64,000 bases of DNA, taken from Prorocentrum cordatum. Its lineage: Eukaryota. Positions 52,190 to 63,959 of this stretch are shown here, in pieces. The stretch is from positions 1-64,000 of the forward strand of contig CAUYUJ010000037.1 in the NCBI GenBank assembly GCA_963575745.1. Reading direction: 5' to 3'. Within the stretch, counting starts at the first letter, position 1. Every line of letters begins with the position of its first letter. The notes under the pieces are model-generated. The model saw nothing but the letters and a program-made list of their open reading frames with translations. It searched no databases and was not told the origin of the DNA. The position numbers and the translations under genes were made by a program.

Positions 52190-53367
52190 CGTCAGGGGCC
52201 CGACCCGCCGCGGCCGGTCAGCAGACTGCTTCTTCTGGAGCTGCCTGCGGCCTCGCCCTTGCCACCGACTCCCGTGTCGCACTCGATGTAGGCGTCGCAC
52301 GTCGTGCTCTTGCAAGAACCCTTCATTTTCGACTCAATTTGGTTAGTCTTGGTCTCTGTCGGGGCCTGCGCCCTTGTGAAGTGCACCACGTTGCCAGGAC
52401 AGTCGTACTCGGTAGGTTCGTGCACGCTGGCAAGGAGTCCACCAAGCTCGCTAGGACCACGACCTTCTCATCCTTGTCGCAAGGAACGTCGAGGGTGGCT
52501 CGAACTCCACTTTCTGGATATTCTTCGCCACTTCCTCCGGGCGTGGGGCCGTTCTTGGCGGCACCCTTGTGGAGCAAACTGTTCTCGGGGACCACGACGA
52601 CCTCACCGACAAACACAACATCGCGCATCTCGATGTTTTTTTTGTTTTTGCTGCCCCCCCTCCTTGGTCCAGGGCAGCCGCGTCCCCCCCGCAGCCCGTC
52701 CGAGCCCCCCCGCGCGCCCTCGGTGAGTGTGGGGCAGGGGCACGCCCCGAAGGAGCGGGAGGTTCTCGGCCAGAGCCAGGAGGACCTCGAACCTGCCGCG
52801 GGCTAGCCTGGGCGCAAGGGGGCACCCGCGCTGCGCAGCGTGGCGAGGGGGCTCGCCCAGCCTCCGCCGGCAGGTCGCAGCTGCTGCTGCTGCTGCGCTG
52901 CCCCTGCCTCCGCCGCCGCCGCCGCCGCCGCCGCGGCCGTCAGCCAGGCGGCCGCCGCCGTGGCCTCCGCTGGCTCCGACGATGGCGGAGTCCTGCACGA
53001 AGTAGGCGCGACGCCCCCGCCCCCTGTGCAGACGCTTCGCCTCCAACCCGCACTGGAGCAGCGCCTCCGCGCCCGCCCCGAGGAGGCCATACCCCGCGAC
53101 GATCCAAAGCGCCGTCGCCCCGCCGTCGATCTCACTCGAACTGCCTCTCTTGGACCGCCGCCTCGACCTTCGCGCGCAGGACGGGCTTGGTGAGCTCGAC
53201 TCGCGTCTGGATCTCGTCGATTCCACCTCCTTGTCCTCGACAGGCAGGTTGCCGCCGTCAGCCTGGGCCGTCCGCTAGAGGACCACCGCTGTGACCGCCA
53301 CCACCTGGCGAGAGCCGCCAGCGCGCACAATAGCACCGAGAAGAGCTTCCGCCATCGCGTCGGACAT
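52190..53367 (-). pseudogene. SL-headed decayed ORF (retroelement ORF1-like or retrocopy)
   Basis: ATG at 53367 (MSDAMAEALLGAIVRAGGSRQVVAVTAVVL*), 38 nt after the SL relic; stops and frameshifts. Confidence 0.45.
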
Positions 53368-53405
53368 GACCGTAGCCAGCTCGTACCAGCTGGGCGAGCA
53401 GGCTG

Positions 53406-53422
53406 CTTGAGCCAGAAAGGCT
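53406..53422 (-). other. Relic spliced leader
   Basis: Minus strand agcctttctggctcaag, 15/17 to agccattttggctcaag. Confidence 0.7.
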
Positions 53423-53479
53423 CACATATAACAAAACGGGGGAAAAAAAGATGCCAGGGTGATCTTGAACAGCCACCGT

Positions 53480-53790
53480 GGGGGACATCGGCTGCCCAGT
53501 AATGGACACGATGGTCCTTCTGGGGAGCTCTTTGATCCCAGTCTCACCCCCCGCCCCGTGCGGCAGGCCACGCTGCCCGTGTGCTTTCCCAGTGAGATGG
53601 GGGATTTTGGTCTCCCCATCCTGTGCGCCCGCAGGCCGTCGCGAGTGGGATCTGCCTTGCTCTCTAACCCTCCCCGCCCCCCACTTGCTCACGTGGTCGA
53701 ATGCCTTTCGCTCTGCGTGGCAATGCTGCCCCGTTGCGGTGCTTGTGGCGCGCACGATGTCGAGGTGTATGTGTGGCATGCGGCCTGCCC
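53480..53790 (+). pseudogene. 3' fragment of a related LINE ORF2
   Basis: LPRCGACGAHDV matches LPRCGACGALDV of the minus-strand LINE at ~45980-46020. Confidence 0.7.
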
Positions 53791-54319
53791 TCTGGTCTTG
53801 CTTCGCCTCGGCTGTGCTTAGGTCCTGTGGTCTCGCCTGCCCTTGCCTCCTGTCCTGCCCAGGTTCCCCGGTTTCTCTTCCACCAGTGCCGCCCGCCAGC
53901 GGAGCGCCGTGAGCATACGCACTTTGTTGCCGCGGCCGTGCCCCTGGCCACGACTGGCGCTGCGCAGCTTTGCGCGGGCGGCGCTATCAGTGGCACGCCT
54001 GGTGCCTGGGCGGGGGGGTGCAGGGCGACAGTCGGCACCGTACCGCCGTGGCCTGTCCCCAGGGGGTCTAGCGTGCACAGCGTCCGTGGACTGTGTTGTG
54101 TTGGCTGTGGGGGACAACCGGATGAGGACCCTGAAGCATGCCCAACATTGTTAGCGGGATTCCAACGCCGCGGATAAGCTTGACTGTTGCGTCTGGGGGA
54201 TTTCACCCCGCGCCCGAACGACAGTTCTGGAATCCCAACACCGCACCGCCAATCAACGCAAGTGTTGCGACCTCAAAATCCTGAAGCCTTCCTGAACGCT
54301 ACTTCTGATACGCTGGCCC

Positions 54320-54880
54320 GGAAAATCCGTGAAACCCATGCAAAGACTAGAACAAATCTGCGCAGCGCTTCGGCGAGAGCCACATGTTGAAAAGGAACCG
54401 CCCTCAATCCGTGAAACTCTTGCCAACGTTTACAACGAGTTTGCGCGGCGCCATGGCGAGAGAAAACCCGCCCTCAATCCGTCAAACTCTTGCCAACGTT
54501 TATAACGAATGCACGCGGCACTAGAGCAAGAGCAACAGTTTGAGAACCACCCGCCCTCCATCTGTGCATCTTTTGCGAATGTCCAAAACGAACGCACGTG
54601 GCGCTAACGCGAAGGCCACATTTTGAAGACGACCCGCCCTCAATCTGTGAAACTATTGCAAATGCTTACAACGAATGTGCGCGGTGCGAGAACGAGAGCC
54701 ACATGCTAAAAACCAAGAGTCCTCCGTCCGTGGAAATTCTGCACCTGTAAAACGAATGGGCGCGGCGCTACTGCGAGAGCCACACGTTGAAAACCACCCA
54801 CCGTCCATGTGCGCGGTGCTAGGGCGAGGGCCATATTTTGGAAACCACCCGCCCTCCAGCCATAAAACTCTTCCCACGTG
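54320..54880 (+). repeat. Degenerate ~80-bp tandem satellite
   Basis: acccgccctcaatccgtgaaactcttgccaacgtttacaacga..gcgcggcgcta..gcgagagccaca..ttgaaaa recurs about 7 times. Confidence 0.9.
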
Positions 54881-54989
54881 TCACGCTCCCCAATCAGCAT
54901 TGGTGAGGACGCGTCAAGCCGCGCGCCCGGCCCGTCCTCAAAACTGGCATCGGGGCAAGACACGGCGAGGTTACCCTGACGAAAGGTAT

Positions 54990-55390
54990 GGAGGAGGAGA
55001 ACAAGGAAGAGGAGGAGGAGGAGGAGGAGGAGGAGGACGAGGAGGAGGAGGAGGAGGAGGAGGAGGAGGAGGAGGACGAGGACGAGGAGGAGAGAGGACG
55101 AGGAGAAGGAGGAGGAGAAGAGGAGGAGGAGGAGGAGGAGGAGGAGAACGAGGATGAGGAGGAGGAGGAGGAGGAGGAGGAGGAGGAGGAGGAGGAGGAG
55201 GAGGAGGAGGAGGGAGGAGGAGGAGAGGAGGGGAGGAGGAGGAGGAGGAGGAGGAGGAGGAGAGGAGGAGGAGGAGGAGGAAGGAGGAGAGAGGAGGAGG
55301 AGGAGGAGGAGGAGAGGAGGAGGAGGAGGAGGAGGAGGAGGGAGGAGGAGGAGGAGGAGGAGGAGGAGGAGGAGGAGGAGGAGGAGGAGG
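54990..55390. repeat. (GAG)n microsatellite
   Basis: Direct inspection. Confidence 0.97.
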
Positions 55391-56200
55391 CCGTACAGGA
55401 CATCAGCGTCTACGCAAACACCGCCAGCACCAGCGCCGCCATCTACACCAGCCCCAACGCCAACGCCAGCGCCTACACCAGCACCGACGCCAGATCCGAT
55501 GCCAGAATCAACGCTGGCGCCAACGCCAGCAACAGCGCCGACAGTCGCTAACGCCTCTTCTATTCCGGCACCAAAGCCAGCAGGGTCGCCGAGGACGCCA
55601 GCACCGACGCCAACAGCGACTCCGCTGACACCAAGGCCAGCACCTCCCAACATCATCGCCGACAGCGTCGAGCAGGCCCTGAGGACCGTCGGGATGAAGC
55701 CCGTGGACCAGACGTTCGACACGCACCCGGAGCCTCTCTCCGGCGCACAGGCGACGGAACCCGTGAAAGCCGTCGAGGTGTGAGGTCCGCGGACTCGGCG
55801 TCTGACAACTTCCTGGAGCCTCTCGCCGGCGTCCCCGCGAAGGAGGCCGTGAAGGCCGCCAAGACGAAGTCCGTGGACGGCGCGCCCGACATCTTTCTGG
55901 AGCCTCTCGCCAGCGTCTCGGCGGAGGATGCCCTCAGGGTCGCCGAAAACGTCCTCGCACGGGCCGTCCGACATTTACCTGAGGACTCTGGCAGGCGCCC
56001 TTGAGGAGGCCCTGCAGGCAGTCGCGAAGGGGTCCGCGGATGGGTCGTCGGACATCTTGCTGAAGCCTCTCTATGACGCCCTCGCCTCGCGGAGGAGGCC
56101 CTGGAGGCTGCCGAGCTGCGGTCGGCGGACGGGGCCTCCGACGCCCTCCCGAGGCCTCTCTCCAGCGTCCCGGCGCAAGAAAGAGGCCGGGCAGGCCAGG
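55391..56200 (+). pseudogene. Frameshifted repeat-protein remnant: (PTPA)n linker plus ~27-aa repeats
   Basis: About 6 copies of EA(L/V)xA..xSADG.SDxFLEPLAxVxA across frames; gagcctctc recurs at 80-87 bp. Confidence 0.55.
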
Positions 56201-57974
56201 GCCGACGGAGCCGCGCGCGCGACGGGAGCCTGCCCGCGCCTCGCCCCCTCCCCGCCCTCACTACGGCAGCGCGCGGCGCGCGAACGAGCGAGGGGGCAGG
56301 CGCTGAGACCGCCTTGCGGGGGGGAGGGGGGGGGGCAATCGTGGCGTCCAGAGCGCGGGTAGAGCAGGGCGGTCCGAAGCAGGCGAAGCTCTGTGGGAGA
56401 CGCTGGCAGGAACGCTCGGACACAGCGAGGCGGCCCCCGGCACGCGCCAAGGGGCACTCCTGCGGCCGAGCCGCGCTGCCCATGGTGTAGCGCAAGGGGG
56501 CCGCCGGGCTCCTTCGATGACACGCGGCAGCCCAGCTGCGCAACACGATCGTGGCAGCCGTTCCCAACGCAGGCCCCTCTGCAGAGCTGGACGCAGCACT
56601 CACTGAATTGCTGCGCGCCCGGGGGGGGCGCCGCCCCGCGGCGGGGGATCTCGCACGCAGCGAGCGCCAGGCCAATCGCCAATGAACCCATGGCGGTGGC
56701 GGACCGCCGAGCGATCGGTACAGACAGGCGTGCGCCCCAGTGCCGGACCGACCGCCAGGGAGGCCCCGGTGGCCACCTGCAAGCGACAGCGGCGTTTGAC
56801 AGCGCACGGCTGCCAACACTTTTCACGTCGGCGGCTGGGCAAGGAGCCACTGCGCCGGCGAGGGAGCGAAACGGGGCTGCCGATGAGCAAAGTGCGCCGA
56901 TGGCTACCAAGACAGGCGCGACGCCAAGCCTGGCGAGCGATCGACGCTGTCCGCGCCACGACGGCGAGGCTCCAGGGACAGCGTCGTCCGAGAACTTCCC
57001 CGCACTCCACGGGCGGCCGCCACCGCAGGAGCACGGCCCAGGCAGGCCCCAAACTCACCGCCTCGGCTCTGCAGTGCACTCGCTGCTCCTCCCCGACGCC
57101 CCGGACAGGCTGCATGGGCACGAGGCCTCCGGCGGGGCCCGGAAACGGCAGGGCCTCTTTGAAACCGTGTTCGACAAAATCTTCCGGAAAGGACCGGAAA
57201 CTGCCATGGCACCAGGACCGGAACCGGAAAAAACAGAGACGGCGGCAGACGGCGAAACGGACCGGTAAAAAAACTGCCCTGTCGTTTCCAAGAGCCCAGT
57301 GCCACCGAGCGGCGACGGCAGGAGCACGCCAGCCTCCCCTGCGAGGCAGGCCACCTGCCGAAGTGTCCGCCTTGCGCGGGGCAGACCCCCCTCCTGCTGC
57401 AGGGTGGCGGAGGCGGGCAGCCAGCGGCGGCTGGAGCTCACGCGCGCGCCCGAGGCCGTAAGACATCCTGGCGCGGACTCCCCGCAGGGCGGGCTGCATC
57501 AGGGCAGGCGCGATGCAGGCAGAGCAACAAGCATAGACACCAGAGCACGGGAGCACAAAGAGCACAGAGCACAGAGCAGAAAGCATGGAGCGAAGAGCCT
57601 CAAACGCAGAGCACAGGGCAGGGGGCCGGGAGAGCAGAACCCCTGCGCCCGTCGAGCACGATTCCGCGCACTCCAGCGCGAGCGGCCCAGACCCCCGACG
57701 TCGTGATTTTGTCGCAGCGTCGACACCTAGGTGGTCTGGGCCCTTTCCCTGGGACCGGTTTTTCACCAAGACTCGTTCTTGACAGTCCCGGGGCCCGGTG
57801 AGGAGACCCCGGAAGCCGAAAATAACCAAAACAAACTCCCGCCGTGATTGTTTCACAACTCAGGGGGGCCTGGGGGGCCCCCAGGAGGGCCACCCCAGAA
57901 GGATGACAACATCTCAAAACCCGGAGGGCACAGGACTTGCAGGCACAAAGGGAAGCAGCGAGGATGCGCCGAGA

Positions 57975-58395
57975 AGAGGAAGAGGGAGGAGGAGGAGAAG
58001 GAGGAGGAGGAGGGATGAAGGATGAGGGAGGAGGGAGAAGGGAGGAGGAGGGAGGAGGGAGGAGGGAGGAGGGAGGAGGGAGGAGGAAAACGAAGAGGAG
58101 GAGGAGGGGGAGGCGTAAGAGGAGGAGGACGAGGAGGAAGAGGAGGAGGAGGAGGAAAGGGAGGAGGAGGAGGAAAAGGAGGAGGAGGAGGAGGAGGAGG
58201 AGGAGGAGGAGGAGGGGGGAAGAGGAGGAGGAGGAGAGGAGCAGCAGCAGGAGGAGCAGGAGGAGGAGGGATGAGGGAGGAGGGAGGAAGGAGGAGGAGG
58301 AGGAGGGAGGAGGGAGGAGGGAGGAGGGAGGAGGAGGAGGAAACGAAGAGGAAAAGGAGGAGGAGGAGGAGGAGGAGGAGGTGGAGGAGGAAGAA
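57975..58395. repeat. (GAG)n / (GAGG)n microsatellite
   Basis: Direct inspection. Confidence 0.95.
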
Positions 58396-59119
58396 AGTCC
58401 TGGGACATTTGCAGGATGTCGCCATTTGCGTCCCAGGGCTATCCCCACCCCTCCTGGGTTTGGGGGTCTTCCCCGACGGGGAAGGCGCGCCTAGGGCCTC
58501 CTGGGACATCCTGAGCGAAGGGCGACCACTTTACAGTGAGTCTCTCCTGTTCCCACGCCCGCTTGATCCCCATCTGCTTGCATGGGCTGCGACCTCAACA
58601 GCCTTCAGTAGCGAGCGAGCGAACGAGCCAGGAACGGGATCGTGGGATCGTGGAGCCGCAGAACACGCGTCAAGGAGCCGGGGCCTTCAGCAGGGCTCGA
58701 GCTACGCAAAACAGTGCTTTCCGTTGTCCTTCTGCTTCCGTTTGCCCTCGTTCCGTCTTCGTTCCGCCCTTGCTGCGAAACAAACTCAAAACGAGAATGG
58801 TCCACGAAGTCGCAATACAGCAGCCTTCGGTCGGGAATGTCCCCCTACAGGCGGATTTTGGATGACAAATAAAAACATGCAGAAAATACGCAAAAAAAAA
58901 AAAAACAATCAAGAATGGTAGAAAAATCTTCACCCTGCTATTTTTCTGACTATGTTTGAATACTCCCCCTGTAGAGGGACACGCCCGACTTAACTCCAGC
59001 CCTGGCACTCAAGCGCAACCGCTTCGCAGCGCAACACGGGCGGCGCTGGGGGCGACGCAAAGAGGCCCGCAGGCAGCCCCCCACGTGGCTACCGCGGGGA
59101 GAACGCAGACCCCCTCCAC

Positions 59120-59535
59120 CGAAGACGAGGAGGGCGAGGATGAGGACGAGGAGAAGGAGGAGGAGGAGGAGGAGGAGAAGGAGGAGGAGGAGGAGGAGGG
59201 GGAAAAGGGGGGGGAGGAGGAGGAGAGGAGGAGGAGGAGGGAGGAAGAGGAGGAGGAGAAGGAGGAGGAGGAGGAGGAGGAGGAGGAGGAGGAGGAGGAA
59301 GAGGAGGAGGAGGAGGGGGAGGAGGAGGAGGAGGAGGGAGGAGGAGGAGGAGGGGAGGAGAGGAGGAGGAGGAAGAGGAGGAGACGGAGAAGAGGAGGAG
59401 GGCAGGAGGGGAGAAGCAGGAGGAGGGGGGAGGAGGGGGAGGAGGGGGAGGATGAGGCGGAGGAGGAGGAGGAGGAGGAGGAGGAGGAGGAGGAGGAGGA
59501 GGAGGAGGAGGAGGAGGAGGAGGAGGAGGAGGAGC
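59120..59535. repeat. (GAG)n microsatellite
   Basis: Direct inspection. Confidence 0.97.
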
Positions 59536-59727
59536 TCTTCCGCAGCTCTTCCCTGGGCGCCGAACGCGCCTGTCTTTCCCGCGGCGGAGGCCCAGCATGC
59601 GCCGCCGCGCGGCGGCCGCGGGGCGCTCTCGCTCACGGCGGCGCGCTTCCAAGGGCGGGGGGCTGCAGTCTCCTCCCTGGCACCGCGCCTCGACGCGAGG
59701 CTGGTCCTCCTCGCAGGCCCGCCCTTC

Positions 59728-60164
59728 TCACATGATCTCACAATCGTCCGCTGCACTTCTCACACTTCTCTTGTCAAACTTCCGTTTCAGCCACCGTCTG
59801 TCGCTGGCCTCGCTCCCTGCGTTGTACCTGATGATGGCGGCGGGCTTCGACTTGATCGCCCCCTTCCGCTTCGGCTCCATCACTTCGCCTCCCGCCAGCC
59901 ACTCGTCTGCGATCGCGGCCCTGGCCTCCCACATGGCCCAGCTCGCTTTCTCGGATCCAGCCGTGGCGACGAGGCGGGACGAGGAGTAGCTAGGGCTAGG
60001 GATATTGGGCTCTTGCTTCGCCTCTGCTTTCTTCTCGCATGCCCTGATCCCAGCGCCGTAGCAGATGGCGTCGGGCTCTACCTTCGCCTCCCACTTTTCG
60101 CGCTCGCTGATCCCAGTGGCTTGGATCTTCGCCTTCTGCTGCCACTGCCCGTCTCTCTCGCACT

Positions 60165-60198
<34 letters not shown>

Positions 60199-61469
60199 TT
60201 TCTCTCTCTCTATCTCTCCCTCTCTCTCTTCTCGCACGCACAGGGTCCGCCTGTGCGCGGCTTCCACTGCCCGTCCGCTGAAGGCTGCCACGCCACGCTG
60301 TAGCTGAGGCCGTCTGGCTCGTGTTCTTGAAGCTGCCACTCCCCGCCTTGCACGCACTCGCCGGCCTTGCCCTCTTGAAGCTGCCACTGCCCGTCCTTCT
60401 CGCACGCACAGGGCCCTGCCTTCCTGGAGGCCCACTACCCGTCTTTGTCGCACGGCTGCCACTGCCCGTCCTTCTCGCACGAGCTGGCCTCCCGTCCTGG
60501 AGGATGCCAATGCCTGTCCTTAGCGCACTTTCGCCCCTTCCTCTCTTGAAGCTGCCACTGCCCGTCGCTTTTGCACGCCACTCTGTAGCTGGTAACGTCT
60601 GGCTCGTTTTCTCGGGGCTGCCACTGCCTGGCCTTCACGCACGCAGAAGCCTTGCCCTCCTGAAGCTGCCACTGCCCGTCTTTCTCGCACGCACAGCGTC
60701 CGGCTCTTTGAAGTTACCGCGGCCCGTTTTTCTTGCGCAGCGCGCTGTAGCTGATGGCGTCTGGCTCGTCTTCTTGTGGCTGCCACTGTCTGCCTTCTTG
60801 GAGCTGCCACTGCCCGTCCTTCTCGCACGCATGGGTCCTGCCTTCCTGGAGCTGCCACTGCCCAGTCTTCTCGCACACACGGGGCCCGTCTCTTTGAGGC
60901 TGCCACTGCCCGTCCTTCACGCACGCATGGGTCCTGCCCGCCTGAAGCTGCCACTGCTCGTCCTTCTCGCACGCACAATGTCCGACTCCTCGAGGCTGCC
61001 GCCGCCCGTCCGTCTTGCAGGCCGCACGGTAGCTGGTGGTGTATGGGTCGTCTTCTTGAGGCTGCCACTGCCCGTCCTTCTCGCACGCAGTGGGCATGCC
61101 CTCTTGAAGCTGCCACTGCCCGCCCTTCTCGCGCGGCTGCCACTGTTCTTGAAGCTGCCACTGCCCGTCATTTTCGCCCACTGGTTCCTCCGCGTCGGCC
61201 TGCATCCACTGCCAACACCACAGCGGCTCGTCGGTTTGCGGGGTGACAAACGGCATGACGAACTCCCACATCATGGCGCAAGTCACGAAGGGCGAGGCGT
61301 CGGCGTTCAGGCTGCAACCGTCTCGTTTCGCTGGGGGCTGCACCTTCGCCGCTTCTGCCTTCCACTTCTCGACTTCCCTTCGTAGCTTCTGCACCAGCCT
61401 GTCCGCGGAGGCGCGAGCTCCACCAGCGCCCCGCACAGGCTCCCGTCGCGCCTGCGGCGCTGGGGGCAT
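59728..61469 (-). pseudogene. Frameshifted ORF with PPR-derived tandem repeats and a PAM2-like motif
   Basis: ACEKDGQWQ recurs many times; EPDAISYSA, EPDVTSY and WEAKVEPDAICYGAGIRACEK match dinoflagellate PPR motifs; LNADASPFV at 61284-61310. Confidence 0.75.
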
Positions 61470-61486
61470 CGGCTCCGCGGGCCCAC

Positions 61487-61500
61487 CCGAAATGGCTAGG
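61487..61500 (-). other. Possible truncated SL relic upstream of the PPR-repeat ORF
   Basis: Minus strand cctagccatttcgg (tagccatttcgg is 11/12 to tagccattttgg), 17 nt before the ATG at 61469. Confidence 0.4.
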
Positions 61501-61520
61501 CCGCGCTGCCCGTGCCACCT

Positions 61521-61615
61521 GGAGGAGGAGGAGGGGGAGGAGGAGGAGGAGGAGGAGGAGGAGGAGGAGGAGGAGGAGGAGGAGGAGGAGGAGGAGGAGG
61601 AGGAGGAGGAGGAGC
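61521..61615. repeat. (GAG)n microsatellite
   Basis: Direct inspection. Confidence 0.97.
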
Positions 61616-61640
61616 CCCCTCTCAACTTTCTGCGCAAAGA

Positions 61641-61856
61641 TTCGGTGGCAACTCATGGGAGCCTCCCACACCATCTTGTCGGCTCTTGCGAATCGACGCG
61701 AATCGACGCTAAGTCGACGCTAAATCGACACGCTTATCGGCGCTAGCCGATGCGAAATAGGCGCTATCTCGTCGACTCCCAGACGCTAATCAACGCTAAT
61801 CGACGCTAGAAACGGACTTGAGAGGGTGCGCCAGGCTCCCATGATTTGCTACCGAA
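61641..61856. mobile_element. MITE-like element with 24-bp terminal inverted repeats
   Basis: ttcggtggcaactcatgggagcct (61641-61664) vs aggctcccatgatttgctaccgaa (61833-61856), 22/24 inverted; internal aatcgacgct repeats; no clear TSD. Confidence 0.75.
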
Positions 61857-62937
61857 CAAAACTGCCCGGAGGGGGATCCACGACGGGGAGGCCAACAAAA
61901 CGCCGCAAGCACGCGGACGGAAGCTCCTCCTCTAGAGACCCCCGCACGGCACTGCACGGGGGCACCCGCGATCGCACGGTGCCGCCCGGGGGGCCCTTCG
62001 TGAAGCCCAAAGGCTGCCGGCAGCTGCTGGGGATGGGCCGCCCGCTCGAGCGCGGGCGACCTGGCGCCTTCGCGGACGCCGCAGGCCAGGAATAACGCGA
62101 CGCAGGCCAACGGGCAGCCCGTTCCAGGGCGCGACGCAGGCCCGTCAAGGCGGCATGCGCGAGCAACAGCGACATGTCTTGGAGGGCGGACGCGCGCGGA
62201 GGAGGCGGGCCGGCGCGTGCGAGCGAGGTGGGCAGTAGAAGCAGCAGCACCAGCAACAACGGAGGCCCGAGGGCGTGCCAGCACCCGGGTGGCCCGTCTC
62301 AAGTGGTTGCAGTGCGCGCCGCCTGCCTGGGCCGCAGAAACGTAGCGGACGCGGGGCCGACTGGAACTGACCGAACCGGACTGGGACTGGGAGAGAACGG
62401 GAGCAGGGGACTGCGCTGAACCAGCACACAGACCAGAGGCTCGCCTCGAGGGCGGCTAGGCTGTCCTTGGGCCAACACGACAACACGGGCAGGGAGACTT
62501 CGCCTGCCCCACCTGGGCGAGCCTGGCAAAGGCGCCAGAAGCAGGCAAGCAGCAACGACGTGGCCATGCCTGGAATCTTTGACTGGACCACACGCGATCG
62601 CCCTGCTCACCAGCCAGCCAAACTTTCACACGTCGCATGCCGCTCCGGCACAGCGTCCGAGGCTCCACGCTCCCGTGGCCCAGCCGCCTGGCCCCCAGTT
62701 GCTGCGCGCCGAATGCTGCGCGACGGTGGCAGCCCTGGGCCACGCAGCCCACGGTGCACGAGTGGCAGCGCCGCGCGCCCTTCCCCCCGCACTGCGGCCT
62801 GCTGCGCGGCAGCTCGCGTGGCAGAGGCAAGGAGCCGCGCCGCCCCAGAGCGGCCGCCCTGCCCAGCTGCGCCAGGGGAGCGCCCAACCCGAACACTTGT
62901 GGAATGCCATCTGAGAAGATGCAACGCAGGTATGCGT

Positions 62938-63012
62938 ACACAAACCAACAAACCAACACACAAACAAACCAACAAACCAACCAACAAACAAACAAACAAA
63001 CAAACAAACAAA
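62938..63012. repeat. (CAAA/CCAA)n microsatellite
   Basis: Direct inspection. Confidence 0.92.
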
Positions 63013-63671
63013 AGCGCCTGTAGGCATCTGAGCGGACTTGAAACGCAGACTACGTGCGCCAACCCTTCCGCTATCCAAGAGGCCCTGCACGACCCCCCGT
63101 GGTTGGCCTTTCAAAAAGCAATACGAACATGTGCCAGCAGCACAAAGCAACGAAGAGCCACTCAATGTGAACAACTGCTTGGCGTCACGTGGAGTTGTTT
63201 GGCATTGCTTGGGGTGGTTGTTTGGCCCTGCTCGGAATTGTTTCGCGTTCCTTGGCATTGCTTAGCAGTGCTCTTTTCGGGGCACTCGTGCGTCATTTGG
63301 GGGTCAACTTGTGCCCTCAGTGACCCTGCATATGCGAAAAGGCGAGAGGGCGAAGCGAACACTATGGATGTTCCAAAAAGGTGTTCGACTAATGTTCGGT
63401 TCTCGGGACAACCCCGGAAAGCTCCGGCGGTCCTTGGAGCCGTCTTGGGACGGTCTTCGGGACCAGTGGAAGTACCTCGGCAACTATCTTAAGCCATCTC
63501 GGGCCCTCGGGTGCCATCCTGCAGGCCTTAGTGGACCATCTTGGGCCCATCTTGGACCACCCTGGGCCTTTTGGAAGCTTAATGGGGGGGCGTCAAAAAG
63601 GCGACGGGATGGTCGCGGGGTGGCGGACACCAGGGGCGATAATAGACGCGACGGGATGGCTACGATATCAT

Positions 63672-63862
63672 TTGTATATATATATATATATATATGCAAG
63701 CATACACACATGAATCATATATATATATATACATACATACGTAGTATGTGTGTATGTGTATGTGTATGCGCATGTGCATGTGTATGTGTATGTGTATGTG
63801 TATATATATGTATATGTGTATGTGTATGTGTATGTGTATGTGAATGTGAATGTGTATGTGAA

Positions 63863-63893
<31 letters not shown>

Positions 63894-63910
63894 GTGGATG
63901 TAGATGTGGA

Positions 63911-63959
<49 letters not shown>

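Noticed and set aside
56393..57856. Kinase-like pseudogene or long ORFs
   Set aside because: Only vague resemblance; long ORFs are expected at this GC content.
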